Source: Vicinamibacterales bacterium (GTDB taxonomy: Bacteria; Acidobacteriota; Vicinamibacteria; Vicinamibacterales; UBA8438). From it: 64,000 bases of DNA. The stretch spans positions 553,707-617,706 of the forward strand of contig OZ241896.1 in assembly GCA_965203565.1 (NCBI GenBank), in the 5' to 3' direction. Of the stretch, positions 42,044 through 51,323 are shown piece after piece. Numbering within the stretch: the stretch's first letter is position 1; each line of letters opens with the position of its first letter. Under the pieces are notes generated by a model. That model made no database searches and had not been told where the DNA came from. It worked only from the letters and a program-made list of their open reading frames with translations. Both the position numbers and the translations under genes were made by a program.

Positions 42044-45000
42044 GTGACGGCCGCCGCCGCAAGCTGCCTGCTGGCGATCGGCGCGGCGCGGCCGGCGGCC
42101 GGTCAGACGACGATCGGCGCAACCGGCCCTGCGGCCGGTCAGGCGGCGGGGGAGGAGCCGGCGGGCGCGCCGCGGCCGCCGCCGCAATCCGCCGCTGTCG
42201 CGGTCGCGCCGTTCGCGAACGTCTCCGGCCATCCGGCCGACGCCTGGCTCGGCGCAGGGGTCGCCGAGACGGTCGTGACCGGCCTCGACCGGCTCCCGGC
42301 GTTCACCGTCGTGGCGGTCGCGCCGGCCGGCGCTGCGGAGGTCGCCGCGGCCGGGGACGGAGCGCCGGACGAGGCGGCGCGGCTTGATCGGGCGCGCGCG
42401 GCCGGCGCCGCGTGGCTGGTGGCGGGCGCGTTCGAGCGGCGCGGGGCGCAGCTTCGGGTCACGGCGCGCATCGTGCACGTCGAGACCGGAGAGGTGCGCC
42501 GGACGATAGAGGTCGATGGCGACGGCGGAAGCCTGTTCGATCTCCAGGACCAGGTGACGGCCGAGCTGCGCGACCGGCTGACGGAGGCCGCCGGACTGCC
42601 GGACGCCGCGCGCGGCGCAGGCCCCGCCGAAGATGCGGCCGCAACGGCGCTCCGGCCGCGCGCGCGGAGCGGCGGCGCGTTCGGGGCGGCGGCGGCCGAG
42701 GCGGGGACGCCTGCCGTCCCGGCCCCGCCGACCGGCCGGCGGCCGCGGTTCGCACCGCCGCCTCCGGCGCCGTCGGACGGCTTCTCCCCGTCCGGGCCGG
42801 GCGGGCCGGCGCCGGAGGACGTGACGGGCGCCATCGCGACAGACGACACAGCGCCGCGGTTCGGCGTCGCCGCGGGCGCCGGCGTGCTGACCGGCCGGCC
42901 GGCGGTCCGGCCGCCCCGCACCCGGATCGCCCCGATCGTCGACGGCCGGCTCGACGACGCCGTCTGGACCGGCGCCGCGCGCATCACCGAGTTCGTGCAG
43001 TTGTCGCCGCTCGACGGCGCGCCCGGCACGGAGGCGACCGAGGTGTACGTCGCGTACGACAGCGCCAACATCTACCTCGGCTTCCGCGCCCGCTACACCG
43101 ATCCGGGGATGCTGCGCGCGAACCGGACCGACCGCGACCGGGCGCCCGGCGACGACGCGTTCTCGGTCTACTTCGACCCGTTCCTCGATCAGCAACGGGC
43201 GTACGTCTTCACCGTGAACGCCTACGGCGTGCAGAGCGACGGGATTCTGAGCGCGCGGGGGGGCGGCGGAGGCGGTTTCGGCGGAGGCGGCGGGCGCGAG
43301 CCGCGCGGGTTCTTCGGCCCTCCGCGGGGCGACCGGTCGTGGGACGCGCTGTTCATCACCGCCGGGCAGGTGGCGGCGGACGGGTTCACAGCCGAGATGG
43401 CCATCCCGTTCAAGAGCCTGCGCTACCCGCGGCGGACCGGCGGCGCGCCCCACCGGTGGGGGTTCCAGGTGGCCCGGCGGATCCGCGGGAAGAACGAGAC
43501 GGTGGTCTGGGCGCCCGTCTCCCGCGCGGTGGCCGGCTTCCTGCCCCAGATGGGCGTGCTCGACGGGATGACCGGGCTGTCGACCAGCCGCAACATGGAG
43601 ATCCTGCCGACGTTCACCGCGCTCCGGTTCGGGACGCTCGACGAAAGCGGGCGGTTCGGCGACGGCGCCGTGCAGCCGGAAGGCGGGGTGAACTTCAAGT
43701 ACGGCGTCACGTCGAACCTGACGGCCGACGTGACGTTCAACCCCGACTTCTCCCAGATCGAGTCGGACCGGCCGCAGATCGAGGTCAACCAGCGGTTCGA
43801 GCTGTTCTTCCCGGAGCTGCGGCCGTTCTTCCTGGAAGGCGCGGAGATCTTCCAGTTCCGGGGGCCGGTCAACCTGGTGCACACCCGCACCATCATCGAC
43901 CCGCGCTACGGCGCGAAGCTGACCGGCAAGGCGGGCGATACGACGATCGGGGTGATGTACGCCAACGACGAGGCGGCCGGCGAGGCCGACGACGCCGGCG
44001 CCGCGGCCGGCCGGCCGGCGCACACCTTCGTCGGGCGGATGCGGTACGACCTGTACGCCGAGTCGTACGTCGGCGCCATCTTCACCGGCCGCGAGTTCGC
44101 CGGCAGCTTCAACCGGGTGGCCGGCGTCGACAGCAATTTCCGCCTCGGGACCACGCACGCGTTCGGCGTCCGCGCCGTCAGTGCGCGGGACCGCGGCCTC
44201 GACGGGACGGAGGCGTCGGGCTACCTGCTCGACGCGAGCTTCCGGAAGACCGGCCGGAACCTCAGTTACCTCCTGGCCCACTACGCGCTGTCGCCCGGCT
44301 TCACGACCGACGTCGGGTTCGTTCGGCGCACCGATCAGCGCGCCACGTTCAGCAACGTCGCGTACCGGTGGTGGCCGGAGCACTGGGTGATCAGCTGGGG
44401 GCCGGACTTCAACTACATGCGCGGCTACAACTTCGCGGGGATTCTGGAGGACGAGCAGGCGAGCGGCGGGCTGAGCTTTTCGTTCACGAACAACATGCGG
44501 CTCGACGCCAGCCTCCACCGCGACATGGAGCGGTTCGGGGGGATCGACTTCTCCAAGACCCGCTACCGGCTGTTCGGCGTGGTCAGCGCCAGCCGGCGGT
44601 TCTCGTTCGGCCTCGGCGCGAACGGCGGCGACCAGATCTTCTTCGACGAGGACAATCCGTACCTCGGCCGCGACAACGGCTGGAGCGGGTTCCTCAACCT
44701 GCGGGTGTTTCCCCGGTGGCAGTCGCGGATCAACGTCAACACCAACCGGTTCGTCGACGTGCGCGACGGCGGCGCGCTGGCGTTCGACGTCAACGTCTTC
44801 CGCGCCCTCACCACGTACCAGTTCACCGACCGGCTGGCGCTGCGGAGCATCAGCGAGTACAACAGCTTCGACCGGAAGCTCAGCCTCAACCTCCTGCTGA
44901 CGTACCGCGTCAACGCCGGCACCGTCTTCTACGTCGGGTACGACGACCGGCGCCAGCGGGCCGACCTGATCGAGCGCGACGTCGACGGTGACGGGATGGA

Positions 45001-45082
45001 CGACCGGTTCTTCCCGTCGACCGCCCTGAAACGGACGAACCGCGCCATCTTCACGAAGCTGCAGTATCTGTTCCGTTACTGA
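42044..45082 (+). CDS. Large secreted protein: TolB-N-like domain, linker, CBM9/DUF5916-like (paralogue 2)
   Basis: The GTG at 42044 (VTAAAASCLLAIGAARPAAGQ) lies in the frame of track ORF 41783..45082. The architecture and C-terminus KLQYLFRY match paralogue 1. The upstream part of the track ORF is repeat-element sequence. Confidence 0.75.
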   Translation: MTAAAASCLLAIGAARPAAGQTTIGATGPAAGQAAGEEPAGAPRPPPQSAAVAVAPFANVSGHPADAWLGAGVAETVVTGLDRLPAFTVVAVAPAGAAEVAAAGDGAPDEAARLDRARAAGAAWLVAGAFERRGAQLRVTARIVHVETGEVRRTIEVDGDGGSLFDLQDQVTAELRDRLTEAAGLPDAARGAGPAEDAAATALRPRARSGGAFGAAAAEAGTPAVPAPPTGRRPRFAPPPPAPSDGFSPSGPGGPAPEDVTGAIATDDTAPRFGVAAGAGVLTGRPAVRPPRTRIAPIVDGRLDDAVWTGAARITEFVQLSPLDGAPGTEATEVYVAYDSANIYLGFRARYTDPGMLRANRTDRDRAPGDDAFSVYFDPFLDQQRAYVFTVNAYGVQSDGILSARGGGGGGFGGGGGREPRGFFGPPRGDRSWDALFITAGQVAADGFTAEMAIPFKSLRYPRRTGGAPHRWGFQVARRIRGKNETVVWAPVSRAVAGFLPQMGVLDGMTGLSTSRNMEILPTFTALRFGTLDESGRFGDGAVQPEGGVNFKYGVTSNLTADVTFNPDFSQIESDRPQIEVNQRFELFFPELRPFFLEGAEIFQFRGPVNLVHTRTIIDPRYGAKLTGKAGDTTIGVMYANDEAAGEADDAGAAAGRPAHTFVGRMRYDLYAESYVGAIFTGREFAGSFNRVAGVDSNFRLGTTHAFGVRAVSARDRGLDGTEASGYLLDASFRKTGRNLSYLLAHYALSPGFTTDVGFVRRTDQRATFSNVAYRWWPEHWVISWGPDFNYMRGYNFAGILEDEQASGGLSFSFTNNMRLDASLHRDMERFGGIDFSKTRYRLFGVVSASRRFSFGLGANGGDQIFFDEDNPYLGRDNGWSGFLNLRVFPRWQSRINVNTNRFVDVRDGGALAFDVNVFRALTTYQFTDRLALRSISEYNSFDRKLSLNLLLTYRVNAGTVFYVGYDDRRQRADLIERDVDGDGMDDRFFPSTALKRTNRAIFTKLQYLFRY

Positions 45083-45122
45083 GCCGGCGCCGCCGGGGGC
45101 GGCGAATGAAGTCTTCTCAAGT

Positions 45123-46457
45123 ATGATCGGACCGAAGCTCGTTCCGAGCATGCCTCCATCCCGGAAAATCCGCCGCGTCCTGCGCCTGGCGGGCGGGAAC
45201 GCGCTCCTGCTCGTCGCGGGGCTGGCGCTGGTCGCGCTGGCCGGCGAGACGTACTTCCGGCTCGCGGCGCCGTTCACCTCACCCAACGACTGGCCGCGCG
45301 ATCTGTACTTCCGACTCACGTCGCTCAGCAAGTGGCCTCCCAACGAATTCGTCCCGGGAGTGGGCTACGTCAGGAAACCCGACATCGAGTTCCTCCATAC
45401 GAACAGGTTGAACGTCTGGAACGTCTCCCGCACCAACCGCCTGGGGTTCTTCGACCGGGACCCCCCGAGCCCCGAACGGGCCGCGGCGAGCTGTCACGTC
45501 GCCATGCTCGGCGCCTCCTTCGTGGAGGCGCTGGAAGTCCCCATCGAGGACAAGCTCCACGTTCGGCTCGAAGCGCTCGCCGCCCGCGCGCTGCCGCACG
45601 TGGACGTCACCGCTTCGGCCTTCGGCGTCGGAGGAACCGGCCAGGCCCAGCACCTGGCGTTCTACGACGCCTACGTACGGCCGCTGCGTCCCAGGCTGCT
45701 GGTGCTGGTCGTCAGTCCCAACGACTTCCCTCGCAACTCTCCCATTCTGGAGGCGTTGACGCGGAGATGGGATCCGGAGCGCATGCCGCACCACAGCATC
45801 GAAAGGCGCCCGGACGGGAAGATGACGTTGCGCCCGCCTCATCCCGACTTCGCGGAGTTCAGGCCGCCTCGACTCCCCGGACCGCCGGAGCTCTGGGCCG
45901 CCCGCGCCCTGGAGGCGGCGAGCGCGTTCTCCTGGTTCGCGGGCTGGCTGGACGCCAGGACCAGAGCAAGCCGGTTGTTTCGTCCCGACCCAGACCCCGA
46001 GCTCGTCATGCGGGTGGAGCAGCTGGGCCGGCGTCCCCGCTATGCGAAGCTGCTCGAGGGACTGGAGCCGGCCATGCTGCAGAACATGCAAAGGACGCTC
46101 GCTTCGAGGAACCCGCCGCCCGTCTTCTTGGAAGCCCTGGCCTACACGGCCTTCGCTCTCGAGCAGTTCAAGGAGCGTGCGGACCGGGACGGCGCCGAGC
46201 TGATCATCCTGGCGGTGCACCGACACCGCACGTCGGCCCATGGAGTTCGCCTGCTCCACCGCCTGAGCGCAATGGCCGGGCGCTTGAGCATTCCCGTCAT
46301 CGATCAAGGGGCTTACATCCTTCGTCAGGGCGCTGCGGTCGAAGATGCGCAGTGGCCTCACGACGGCCATTGGAACGCCGCCGGCCACCGCTGGGCGGCG
46401 GAGGCGCTGCTGGAGCACCTCGAGCGGCGCTTGGAAATCTGCCGTCGATCCGGATAG
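45123..46457 (+). CDS. SGNH/GDSL-like hydrolase, membrane-anchored (paralogue 1)
   Basis: An N-terminal TM helix is followed by block I VAMLGASFVEA and a C-terminal block V-like HDGHWNAAGHRWAAEALL. An alternative start lies at 45150. GC looks lower than the flanks by eye. Confidence 0.6.
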   Translation: MIGPKLVPSMPPSRKIRRVLRLAGGNALLLVAGLALVALAGETYFRLAAPFTSPNDWPRDLYFRLTSLSKWPPNEFVPGVGYVRKPDIEFLHTNRLNVWNVSRTNRLGFFDRDPPSPERAAASCHVAMLGASFVEALEVPIEDKLHVRLEALAARALPHVDVTASAFGVGGTGQAQHLAFYDAYVRPLRPRLLVLVVSPNDFPRNSPILEALTRRWDPERMPHHSIERRPDGKMTLRPPHPDFAEFRPPRLPGPPELWAARALEAASAFSWFAGWLDARTRASRLFRPDPDPELVMRVEQLGRRPRYAKLLEGLEPAMLQNMQRTLASRNPPPVFLEALAYTAFALEQFKERADRDGAELIILAVHRHRTSAHGVRLLHRLSAMAGRLSIPVIDQGAYILRQGAAVEDAQWPHDGHWNAAGHRWAAEALLEHLERRLEICRRSG

Positions 46458-46484
46458 TCAGGAGGGGGAGCTGACAGCCGGACC

Positions 46485-47720
46485 ATGATGCGGGCGAACG
46501 TCCGTCGCATGCTGCGGGTGGCCGGTCTGAATGCGGCGTTGCTCGCCGCCGGGCTGGCGCTCACTGCTTTCGGCCTGGAGGTCCGGCTGCGGCTGACCGC
46601 GCCGTTCATGGCGACGTACGCGCCGTCACGCTTCGTCTCCGGGGTCGGACTCGTTCGGGCGCCGGACGCGGAGATCCGCTATACGAACGGCCTCGACTTC
46701 TGGACGGTGTCCCGAACCAACCGGTGGGGTTTCCTGGACCGTGAGCCGATCAGCCCGGATCGAGCCGCATCGAGCTGCCACGTCGCCGTGTTCGGCGATT
46801 CCTTCGTCGAAGCGAAGGAAGTGCCGATCGCCGACAAGATGCACGTCCGGTTCGAGGCCCTGGCCGCCCGACGGCTGCCGCACCTGGACGTGACCGCCTC
46901 GGCGTTCGGATTCGGAGGCACCGGGCAGATCAACCAACTGCCGTATTACGACGCGTACGCGCGGCGCCTGCGCCCGCGGCTCCTGGTGCTCGTGTTCGTC
47001 GAAAACGACTTCGCGGACAATTCGGCGCTGCTGGACACGTTTTCCCTGCGCAGTCACGTGGACCCGGCCCATCTCCCCTTCCAGTACGCGGAACGAAGGG
47101 CGGACGGGCGGATCGCGTTCCTGCCGCCGGACCCGGACTGGGAGGCGCACGTCCGGCCGCCGTCACGGGCGTCCACCGTCACGGCCCGACTGCTCGGCGC
47201 GTCCTGGCTGGCGCAGTGGCTGGCCGCCAAACGCAACGCCTTGTTCCCCGCGGACGTCGACGCCGACGAGCGTCTGGCCGTCCTGCGCCGGCGAGCAGGC
47301 GGCGAGCGGCTCCTGCGGATGCGGTCGCCCGGAAGCGTCGACAGGACGTTCGCCGGCGAAGCCCTCCCGCCCGCTTTCGAGGACGCCCTGGCGTTCACCG
47401 CCTTCGCTCTGGATCAGTTCAATGCGCGTGCGGAGCGCGACGGCGCCGCGCTGATCATCCTGGCGTCGCACCGGATGCGCATGGCGGGGGCTCGCGTCTT
47501 CGATCGGTTGCGCATCATGGCCCGGACGCGCGGCGTCCCGGTCGTCGACCAAGGCGACTACATCCTCCGCCGGGGGGCGCGCCTGAAGGACGCGCACTGG
47601 CGTCACGCACCCCACTGGAACGCCGCCGGCCACCGCTGGGCGGCGGAAGCGCTGCTGGAGTGGCTGCAGGGCAATCAGGCGGTTTGCGGCTCTGCTATGA
47701 TTCCCGTTCCGGCGCGGTGA
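46485..47720 (+). CDS. SGNH/GDSL-like hydrolase, membrane-anchored (paralogue 2)
   Basis: VAVFGDSFVEA is the GDS motif, and the C-terminal PHWNAAGHRWAAEALL is present. The stop codon at 47718-47720 overlaps the first bases of tRNA-Ser. Confidence 0.65.
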   Translation: MMRANVRRMLRVAGLNAALLAAGLALTAFGLEVRLRLTAPFMATYAPSRFVSGVGLVRAPDAEIRYTNGLDFWTVSRTNRWGFLDREPISPDRAASSCHVAVFGDSFVEAKEVPIADKMHVRFEALAARRLPHLDVTASAFGFGGTGQINQLPYYDAYARRLRPRLLVLVFVENDFADNSALLDTFSLRSHVDPAHLPFQYAERRADGRIAFLPPDPDWEAHVRPPSRASTVTARLLGASWLAQWLAAKRNALFPADVDADERLAVLRRRAGGERLLRMRSPGSVDRTFAGEALPPAFEDALAFTAFALDQFNARAERDGAALIILASHRMRMAGARVFDRLRIMARTRGVPVVDQGDYILRRGARLKDAHWRHAPHWNAAGHRWAAEALLEWLQGNQAVCGSAMIPVPAR

Positions 47721-47808
47721 GGTGGCCGAGAGGCTGAAGGCGGCGGTTTGCTAAACCGTTGTAGGGTTGACAGCTCTACCCAGGGTTCGAATCCCTGCCT
47801 CACCGCCA
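47716..47808 (+). tRNA. tRNA-Ser (anticodon GCU)
   Basis: The acceptor stem is GGTGAGG/CCTCACC and the D-arm is GCCGAGAGGCTGAAGGC. The anticodon stem GCGGT/ACCGT carries the loop TTGCTAA. A long variable arm, the T-loop GGTTCGAATCC and an encoded GCCA 3' end complete the structure. Confidence 0.9.
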
Positions 47809-47835
47809 ACCATTCAATCCGGTTCGAGCATCTCG

Positions 47836-49146
47836 ATGGGCGATCCGATGGCGCTGGACGCGGAACGCTGGTTCGGACTGTCGCAGCACGGGACGACCGT
47901 GCGCACCGAGGTCGCGGCGGGCGTGACCACCTTCCTGACGATGGCGTACATCGTCTTCGTCAACCCGCAGATCCTCTCCGAAGCCGGCATGCCGTTCGGC
48001 CCGGTCTTCGTGGCGACCTGCGTGTCGGCCGCGTTCGCCACGCTGGTGATGGGACTGTACGCCAACTACCCGATCGCGCTGGCGCCGGGGATGGGACTCA
48101 ACGCGTTCTTCGCCTTCGGAGTCGTCCTGGGGATGGGGCACGCCTGGGAGGTGGCGCTCGGCGCGGTGTTCGTCTCCGGGGTGCTGTTTCTCGCCCTGAG
48201 CGTGCTGCCGGTGCGGAAGTGGATCGTCAACGCGGTCCCGCGGGCGCTGAAGATGGCGATCTCGGCCGGCATCGGCCTGTTCCTCGGCGTCATCGCCCTG
48301 CGGAACGCCGGCGTCGTCGCGGACAGCCCGGCGACGCTGGTCACCGCCGGCGATCTGGCGGCGCCGGAGCCGGTGCTCGCGCTGCTCGGCTTCGGCGTCA
48401 TCGCGGCGCTGACGGCGCGCCGCGTGCCGGGCGCCGCCATCATCGGCATCCTCGGCGTCACCGCCGCCGGCGTCGCCTGGGGCGTGTCCGAATGGAAAGG
48501 TTTCGCGGCGCCGCCCCCCGACCCGACGCCGGCGCTGCTGGCGCTCGACGTCTCCGGGGCGCTGCAGGCCGGGATGATCACGGTCATCCTGACGTTCCTC
48601 ATCGTCGATCTGTTCGACACCACGGGCACGCTGATCGGCGTGGCGCAGCAGGCGAACCTGCTCGACGCGCAGGGGCGGCTCCCCCGGATCGAGCGCGCGC
48701 TGGTCGCCGACTCCACCGGGACGGTGGCCGGCTCGCTGCTCGGCACGTCGCCGGTGACCAGCTACATCGAGAGCGCGGCCGGCGCCGGCGCGGGGGGACG
48801 CACCGGACTCACCGCGGTCGTCGTGGCCGGCCTGCTCCTGGCCTGCCTGTTCTTCGCGCCGCTGGCCGAGTCGATCCCGGGGTACGCCACCGCGCCGGCC
48901 ATCCTGTACGTGGCCTGCCTGATGACGAAGGCGCTGGTCGACGTGGACTGGGAGGACGTCACCGAGTGGGCCGCCGCCGTCGTCACCGCCATCGCCGTCC
49001 CGTTGACGTTCTCGATCGCCGACGGCATCGGCATCGGCTTCGTGACGTACGTGGTGATCAAGGCGCTGGCGGGCCGGTTCCGCGACTGTCCCGTGACGCT
49101 GGCGGTGGTGGCGGCGCTCTTCGCGGCGAAGTTCGCGCTGCTGTAG
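47836..49146 (+). CDS. NCS2-family purine permease (AzgA-type adenine/guanine/hypoxanthine)
   Basis: The ATG at 47836 gives ...FGLSQHGTTVRTEVAAGVTTFLTMAYIVFVNPQIL...GMGLNAFFAF. About 12 TM segments are apparent. The upstream part of the track ORF overlaps the tRNA. Confidence 0.88.
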   Translation: MGDPMALDAERWFGLSQHGTTVRTEVAAGVTTFLTMAYIVFVNPQILSEAGMPFGPVFVATCVSAAFATLVMGLYANYPIALAPGMGLNAFFAFGVVLGMGHAWEVALGAVFVSGVLFLALSVLPVRKWIVNAVPRALKMAISAGIGLFLGVIALRNAGVVADSPATLVTAGDLAAPEPVLALLGFGVIAALTARRVPGAAIIGILGVTAAGVAWGVSEWKGFAAPPPDPTPALLALDVSGALQAGMITVILTFLIVDLFDTTGTLIGVAQQANLLDAQGRLPRIERALVADSTGTVAGSLLGTSPVTSYIESAAGAGAGGRTGLTAVVVAGLLLACLFFAPLAESIPGYATAPAILYVACLMTKALVDVDWEDVTEWAAAVVTAIAVPLTFSIADGIGIGFVTYVVIKALAGRFRDCPVTLAVVAALFAAKFALL

Positions 49147-49195
49147 CAGCCCGTGGCGGAACCCCGCGCGGCTGTCAGTCAGGGCCCCGCGGGCC
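49147..49195 (+). repeat. Remnant of the TIR element (5' end)
   Basis: CAGCCCGTGGCGGAACCCCGCG starts immediately after the permease TAG stop. It retains TGTCAG and CCCCGCGGG blocks but lacks the 3' terminus. Confidence 0.55.
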
Positions 49196-49230
49196 GAGTC
49201 CGGCCGGCGGGGAAGATTGGAGGACGAGCG

Positions 49231-50310
49231 ATGCTGACGAGACGACACGGGCGACTGAACCGGCGGGAGGCGCTCGCGCTGCTCGGCGCGGGCGCGGCCG
49301 GCGCCGCGGCGGCGTGCGGCGACCTGGCGCCGGTCGTGATACCGGAGCCGGAGCCGGTTACGCCGCCGCCGCCGGAAACCCCGCGCATCCGGGCGATCCT
49401 GCGCGACATCTGGCCCACCGAGCTGACGCACGGCACGACGTTGTTCCACGAGCACGTGTCGATGAACAACCAGTTCTGGATCGACATGGGCCTCGAGCGC
49501 CTGATCGACCCGTCCCGGCCGTTCTTCATGGAGGACCTCGACTACATGGTGGCCGAGATGCAGGCCGCCGCCGAAGACGGCGTCGCCTGCATCGTGGACG
49601 GCGGGCATGCCGACATGGGCCGCGACGTGGAGTTCATCCGCGCGCTGTCGGAACGGTCGGGGATGCCGATCGTCGTGAGCGGCGGGTACTACCACGAACC
49701 GATCTTCCCGGCGGAGCTGCACGACCGGAGCGAGGACGATCTCGTCGAAGAGCTGGTCCGCGACGCCGCCGCGGAGCGCTGGGGCGCGTTCGGAGAGATC
49801 GGATTCTCCGCCGAGAGCACGCCGACCGAGCGCAAGGTGCTGCGCGCCGTCGGGCGGGCCCACTTGCGGACGAACCTGCCGATCTTCACGCACACCGCCA
49901 ACGGCGCGAAGGCGGTCGAGCAGCTCGACCTGCTCGAATCGGTCGGCGTCGACCCCCGGCGCGTGGCGATCGGGCACCTCGGCTACCCGGAGGTGACGGT
50001 CCATGCGGAGATCTGCCGGCGCGGGGCGTACGTCGGCTTCGACCGCCTGGGCGGCGACCCGGAGGCGGACGCCGCGCAGGTCCCGATGGTGCTGGCTCTC
50101 CTCGAAGCCGGGCATACCGAGAACGTGCTGCTCGCCTCCGACTTCGCGCTCGAGCACGAGACGCGGGGCCGCGGCGGTCCCGGCTACGGCAAGGTGGTGA
50201 CCCGGTTCGTCCCGCTCCTGGAAGAGGCCGGCCTGGACTACGACACCCTGCGGACCCTGACGTCCGACAATCCTCGCCGGTGGCTCGCCTTCGGTCTGCC
50301 GACCGCGTGA
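49231..50310 (+). CDS. Phosphotriesterase-family (PTE/PHP-like amidohydrolase) protein with Tat-type signal
   Basis: GGAGGA lies 6 nt upstream of the ATG at 49231. MLTRRHGRLNRREALALLGAGAAGAAAAC is twin-arginine and lipobox-like. TLFHEHV (HxH), the GFSAE region, HT and ASD blocks are present. Confidence 0.75.
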   Translation: MLTRRHGRLNRREALALLGAGAAGAAAACGDLAPVVIPEPEPVTPPPPETPRIRAILRDIWPTELTHGTTLFHEHVSMNNQFWIDMGLERLIDPSRPFFMEDLDYMVAEMQAAAEDGVACIVDGGHADMGRDVEFIRALSERSGMPIVVSGGYYHEPIFPAELHDRSEDDLVEELVRDAAAERWGAFGEIGFSAESTPTERKVLRAVGRAHLRTNLPIFTHTANGAKAVEQLDLLESVGVDPRRVAIGHLGYPEVTVHAEICRRGAYVGFDRLGGDPEADAAQVPMVLALLEAGHTENVLLASDFALEHETRGRGGPGYGKVVTRFVPLLEEAGLDYDTLRTLTSDNPRRWLAFGLPTA

Positions 50311-50329
50311 CGTTTCCAGGGGGAAGCGC

Positions 50330-51322
50330 GTGACGACGGGAACGACGAGCATCCTGATGGCCGCCGCCCTGGCGGCCGGCGCGCCGGTTGCGGCGGCGGC
50401 GCAGCCGGGCGGCGGCGGGCCGCGCACGCCGTGGGGCGACCCGGACCTGCAGGGGATCTGGGGCGCGGGCTACATCCTGACGCCGCTCGAACGGCCCGAC
50501 GAGTACGAGGGGCGCGAGTTCCTGACCGACGACGAGGCGGCTGCGCTGGAAGGCCGCGCGGCCGGCCCCGGACGGGACCGGCGGGCCGCGCCGGGGACGG
50601 TGGCGGACGTGGAGGGCGCGTACAACGATGCCTACAGCGGGCGCGGCCGGCGTGTGGTCCGGACGCGGCGGACGTCGCTGATCGTCGATCCTCCGGACGG
50701 GAAGATCCCGTTCACTCCCGAGGGCCGCGCCCGGTGGGAGGCCGAAGTCGCGGAGGCGGATCGGATCCGGGATCGGGCCCATCATCCGGAAGACCAGCAG
50801 GACGACCGGTGCGAAGGGATCACCCTGCCGGTTCAGTACGGCAACGCCCGCGTCTCCGGCGGACACAGCCGGATCGTGCAAAGTCCGGGGCTGGTGTCGA
50901 TCTACTACGAGTCGGGGCATCAGGGCGGCCAGTACCGCCACGTCCCGCTCAGCGGCGGCGGGGGCCCGGCGCCTCACGTGCGGCAGTGGTTCGGCCGGTC
51001 GGCCGGCCGCTGGGACGGCGACACCCTCGTGGTGGAGGTCTCCGGCTTCAGCGACCGGACGAGCTTCTACGGGTCGCGCGCCGCCCTGCGCCTCGTCGAG
51101 CGGTTCACCCGCGTCGAGCCGGACCTGATCCTCTATCGGGTGACGATAGAGGACCCGACCGCCTTCTCCCGGCCGTGGACGATGGAGGCGCCGCTGTCAC
51201 AACTCGACAACCGGGCGAACCAGATATACGAGTCGGCCTGCCAGGAGGGCAACTACGCGCTGACCAGCATCCTCGCCGGCGAGCGGGTCCTCGAACGGGC
51301 GGCTCGCGGCGCGAGCAGGTAG
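50330..51322 (+). CDS. Uncharacterised secreted protein, WGDPDLQG...ACxEGNY family (paralogue P1)
   Basis: The GTG start is followed by a signal peptide. The motifs are TPWGDPDLQGIW, SLIVDPPDGKIPFTPEG, WDGDTLVVEVSGF and YESACQEGNYAL. Confidence 0.75.
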   Translation: MTTGTTSILMAAALAAGAPVAAAAQPGGGGPRTPWGDPDLQGIWGAGYILTPLERPDEYEGREFLTDDEAAALEGRAAGPGRDRRAAPGTVADVEGAYNDAYSGRGRRVVRTRRTSLIVDPPDGKIPFTPEGRARWEAEVAEADRIRDRAHHPEDQQDDRCEGITLPVQYGNARVSGGHSRIVQSPGLVSIYYESGHQGGQYRHVPLSGGGGPAPHVRQWFGRSAGRWDGDTLVVEVSGFSDRTSFYGSRAALRLVERFTRVEPDLILYRVTIEDPTAFSRPWTMEAPLSQLDNRANQIYESACQEGNYALTSILAGERVLERAARGASR

Positions 51323-51323
51323 A

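Noticed and set aside
38111-45343. Two very long antisense ORFs (1254 aa and 1153 aa) lie opposite the DUF5916-like genes. Similar ones lie at 8979-11435, 47800-50427 and 57612-60380.
   Set aside because: They share the same compositional signature (R/P/G/A/D/E runs, no motifs). The opposite-strand or alternative-frame genes have recognisable domains, signal peptides and sensible boundaries.
45123-49146. A tRNA-Ser-associated genomic island.
   Set aside because: There is no integrase and no direct repeat of the tRNA 3' end. The lower-GC genes lie on the 5' side of the tRNA rather than the usual 3' side.
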